Assembly (NCBI GenBank): GCA_963771165.1
Contig: CAVYSN010000001.1
Span: 62,980-126,979 of the forward strand
DNA length: 64,000 nt
DNA from: an uncultured bacterium
Lineage (GTDB): Bacteria; Acidobacteriota; HRBIN11; JAKEFK01
Reading direction: 5' to 3'
Shown here one piece after another: positions 61,783-64,000 of the stretch. The translations under genes were made by a program, and so were the position numbers. Each line of letters begins with the position of its first letter. Within the stretch, counting starts at the first letter, position 1. Under the pieces are notes generated by a model, which saw only the letters and a program-made list of their open reading frames with translations, did not search any database and was not told the origin of the DNA.

Positions 61783-62750
61783 TCATTCACACTTCCGAGA
61801 TCGCGATCAGCAGACTGCCTCAAGTACAACTCGATAGCGCCTTTCCTTTAAGAGATATCGTTCATATGGTTCTTGCAGGAGGACCCTCTCAGACTCTTTA
61901 CAATCTATCCACAGGTATGCATCAGCGCGCTCTGGAGTATCTCTGCTGCGATGCCGACGGCGCGATTCTTGAGGATGTGCGAGGACGCCCTTACTTCAGT
62001 GCAGACCGGGCGGACAGGCTCCATGAATCGCTTGGTGTTTTTGCAGTGGCGGGAGTGCATTTTGAGCGCACTCCAATTATGACGTCGAACGGGCAAGAAG
62101 GCACGATGGGGGATCTTGTTGAAGCTGCCGCAAAATCGTTCAAACAGGATTCGCGCGAAAAAAGCTGGTGCTTAATGCTTTTTTCGATTCATCCCGGCGT
62201 GACAGCCGAATGGCTCAACGACAAGGGTGAATTGCAAAGCGTAGAAAGAATTTTAAAGGCGGAATCTGCGAGCCCTTATGGAAATGGGTGCTGCTTCGGG
62301 ACCCATCGTCTGGAAGGAATCGCGTTCGCTATCAGACGTTTTTGTCTTGAAAATGACCTGGAGCCTTCTCAGTTGAAAAGTGTCTGGCTGGAAGGGTATG
62401 AGTATCTCCAGGGCGCTACCCAACTGATCAAGAGAAATCAGCGCGATGACGGCTCGCTGCAACGATCCTGGTTTCGTAAAGCGCCGTTTCCAACAGACCT
62501 ACTGGAGCTTCGTGAGGTATTCAAAGATGTCGCGCCGTTTCAGCAACGGGATACTGCCGTGGTTTATGCGACAGGTCATTGCCTGGATGCGATCAGTCCG
62601 ATCGCAGAATTCCTGCCTGATGAGCAAGAATGGATGCAACGCGCATGTTACATCCTTGCACAAACAATTGAAGCTAGTTGGACCTCAGTCGGCCGGAACA
62701 TCGGTCCGCTCACGCATGCCATCCATGCCTTGAAATTGCTTGATGTGTAA
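61779..62750 (+). CDS. Hypothetical protein (possible alpha-alpha-toroid / prenyltransferase-like repeats)
   Basis: 323-aa intact ORF. QRDDGS-like motif. No confident family assignment. Confidence 0.4.
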   Translation: MIIHTSEIAISRLPQVQLDSAFPLRDIVHMVLAGGPSQTLYNLSTGMHQRALEYLCCDADGAILEDVRGRPYFSADRADRLHESLGVFAVAGVHFERTPIMTSNGQEGTMGDLVEAAAKSFKQDSREKSWCLMLFSIHPGVTAEWLNDKGELQSVERILKAESASPYGNGCCFGTHRLEGIAFAIRRFCLENDLEPSQLKSVWLEGYEYLQGATQLIKRNQRDDGSLQRSWFRKAPFPTDLLELREVFKDVAPFQQRDTAVVYATGHCLDAISPIAEFLPDEQEWMQRACYILAQTIEASWTSVGRNIGPLTHAIHALKLLDV

Positions 62751-64000
62751 ATGTATCCCGGTATCTTTCTAATTTCGGCCGCCACACTACTCTTTCAAAT
62801 CTCGTTGACGAGAGTTTTTTCAGTTCTGTTTTACCATCACTTTGCTTTCCTTGTGATCAGCACGGCGCTATTTGGATTTGGTTTTAGCGGCGTATTCCTT
62901 TTCTTTTTTCAAAGCAAAATTCGGAACATAAAAAACACTTTAAGCCTCAGCGCGCTGCTCTTCGCCGTCTCGAGTTTGCTGTCTTACAAGCTTATTCTCA
63001 TGCTTCCGCATCAATTTATGGATATTGCGGATAATCCCCGGCAGATTGTCCGGTTGGTTCTCAATTACGCTCTTCTCATTGTTCCTTTCTTTTTTTCAGG
63101 TGGCGTGATTGGTTTGATCTTGAGCACTTACACTGAGAAATCAGGGAAACTGTACTGCGCGGACCTGGTCGGCGCCGCGATTGGATGTCTTGCCGTGTTG
63201 TGGTTGGTCCCTTCGTTGGGGGCGTCCGGAGCTATCGTTTCCTCCGCATTCCTGGCAGCCGCTGCGGCTCTGGTTTTTTGGCCACATTCCGGAATGTTGA
63301 AAGCCGCATCCATTCTGATTGCAGGTTTTACTCTCTTCGTGATCCCGGCCGCAGAAACGTATCTTCCACTCCCCATGTCGCAGATTTTCTACGAAAAGCA
63401 CGGCAATTTTTTTCAAGCGCCCAAACGCAAAATTGAATTTTCGGCATGGAGTCCCGTTTCCCGTCTGGATGTTATTGCAACCGGACGAACCAAACTCATT
63501 TATCTGGACGGGGGCTCCAACGTCTCCTTTCTTGTACCGTTTCGTCGCAAAGATTTAAAGGATATCGAACCACGCCTGAATTCTCGTACGGTGCCTTACA
63601 TGATCGCCCCGAGAACATCTGCCTGCATTATCGGGCCGGGGGGCGGAGAGGATGTTCTGAACGCATTCTCTTTTGGTGTCAAACGAATCATCGCAGTTGA
63701 AATGGATCCATTGATGGTAAGCATCGTTAAGGGTAGATATAACACGTTTCTTGGAAATCTATTTCATCAGCCTTCTGTTCAACTGATCAACGATGAAGGG
63801 CGCAGTTTTTTGCGTCGTTCCGAAGAACAATTTGATCTCATTCAAACGGTGCACAACTGTTCGCCCATGGCTCTTGCAACAGGCGCTTTCAATCTTTCAG
63901 AAAGCTACTTATTTACAAAAGAAGCATTTCAGGAATACTGGCAGCGATTAAAACCTGGCGGAATGCTTGCGATCAACCGGAGTGGGATTCTTCGCGCTGC
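62751..64000 (+). CDS. Spermidine-synthase-like aminopropyltransferase with N-terminal polytopic membrane domain, 3' partial
   Basis: Verified open frame from ATG 62751 to the window end. 6-7 TM helices, then the IIGPGGGEDV methyltransferase-fold motif. Absent from the ORF track because no stop falls in the window. Confidence 0.65.
   Translation, partial: MYPGIFLISAATLLFQISLTRVFSVLFYHHFAFLVISTALFGFGFSGVFLFFFQSKIRNIKNTLSLSALLFAVSSLLSYKLILMLPHQFMDIADNPRQIVRLVLNYALLIVPFFFSGGVIGLILSTYTEKSGKLYCADLVGAAIGCLAVLWLVPSLGASGAIVSSAFLAAAAALVFWPHSGMLKAASILIAGFTLFVIPAAETYLPLPMSQIFYEKHGNFFQAPKRKIEFSAWSPVSRLDVIATGRTKLIYLDGGSNVSFLVPFRRKDLKDIEPRLNSRTVPYMIAPRTSACIIGPGGGEDVLNAFSFGVKRIIAVEMDPLMVSIVKGRYNTFLGNLFHQPSVQLINDEGRSFLRRSEEQFDLIQTVHNCSPMALATGAFNLSESYLFTKEAFQEYWQRLKPGGMLAINRSGILRA

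Overview
This is a 64 kb bacterial chromosomal window at about 50% GC. The lineage cannot be determined from sequence alone; the gene content (many eukaryotic-like Ser/Thr kinases with TPR arrays, a TMTC-like TPR membrane protein, type IV pilus minor pilins) resembles Acidobacteria, Planctomycetes or Myxococcota. Main blocks: (1) 1-6.6 kb, minus strand: a DUF4412-like secreted protein, a TPR-pseudokinase-kinase protein, UbiD and a HEAT-repeat protein. (2) 6.6-10.9 kb: a type IV pilus minor-pilin operon (fimT/gspH-like, pilV, pilW, large pilX-like). (3) 15.3-23.9 kb: an aromatic amino acid supraoperon on the minus strand, trpE-trpG-trpD-trpCF-trpB-trpA-aroH-DAHP synthase(ACT)-tyrA, preceded by a Trp-codon leader peptide and a strong intrinsic terminator (classic attenuator). 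(4) 24.8-50.3 kb: a large glycan-biosynthesis locus (several GT2 and GT4 enzymes, a GtrB-like polyprenol-phosphate sugar synthase with a DUF2304 partner, epimerase, deacetylase, FAD oxidoreductases, GT-C-like membrane proteins, a PilZ protein), interrupted by queF, a cupredoxin/receptor kinase pair and an ArsM/PiT/DsbA/CDF cluster. (5) 50.3-64 kb: ArsR plus SRPBCC, an App1-like phosphatase, a stand-alone ATP-dependent DNA ligase, a 1512-aa dual-kinase TPR giant, membrane proteins and a membrane-anchored spermidine-synthase-like gene running off the window end. Three unannotated features stand out. First, a MITE-like repeat family (3 copies) built from 11-nt GCAGAGCATTT boxes with terminal inverted repeats. 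Second, two further families of structured intergenic repeats. Third, at least 15 genes, including essential trpE, trpD, aroF and tyrA, are split across reading frames, which almost certainly reflects indel errors in the assembly rather than real pseudogenes. No rRNA, tRNA or CRISPR array was seen by eye.
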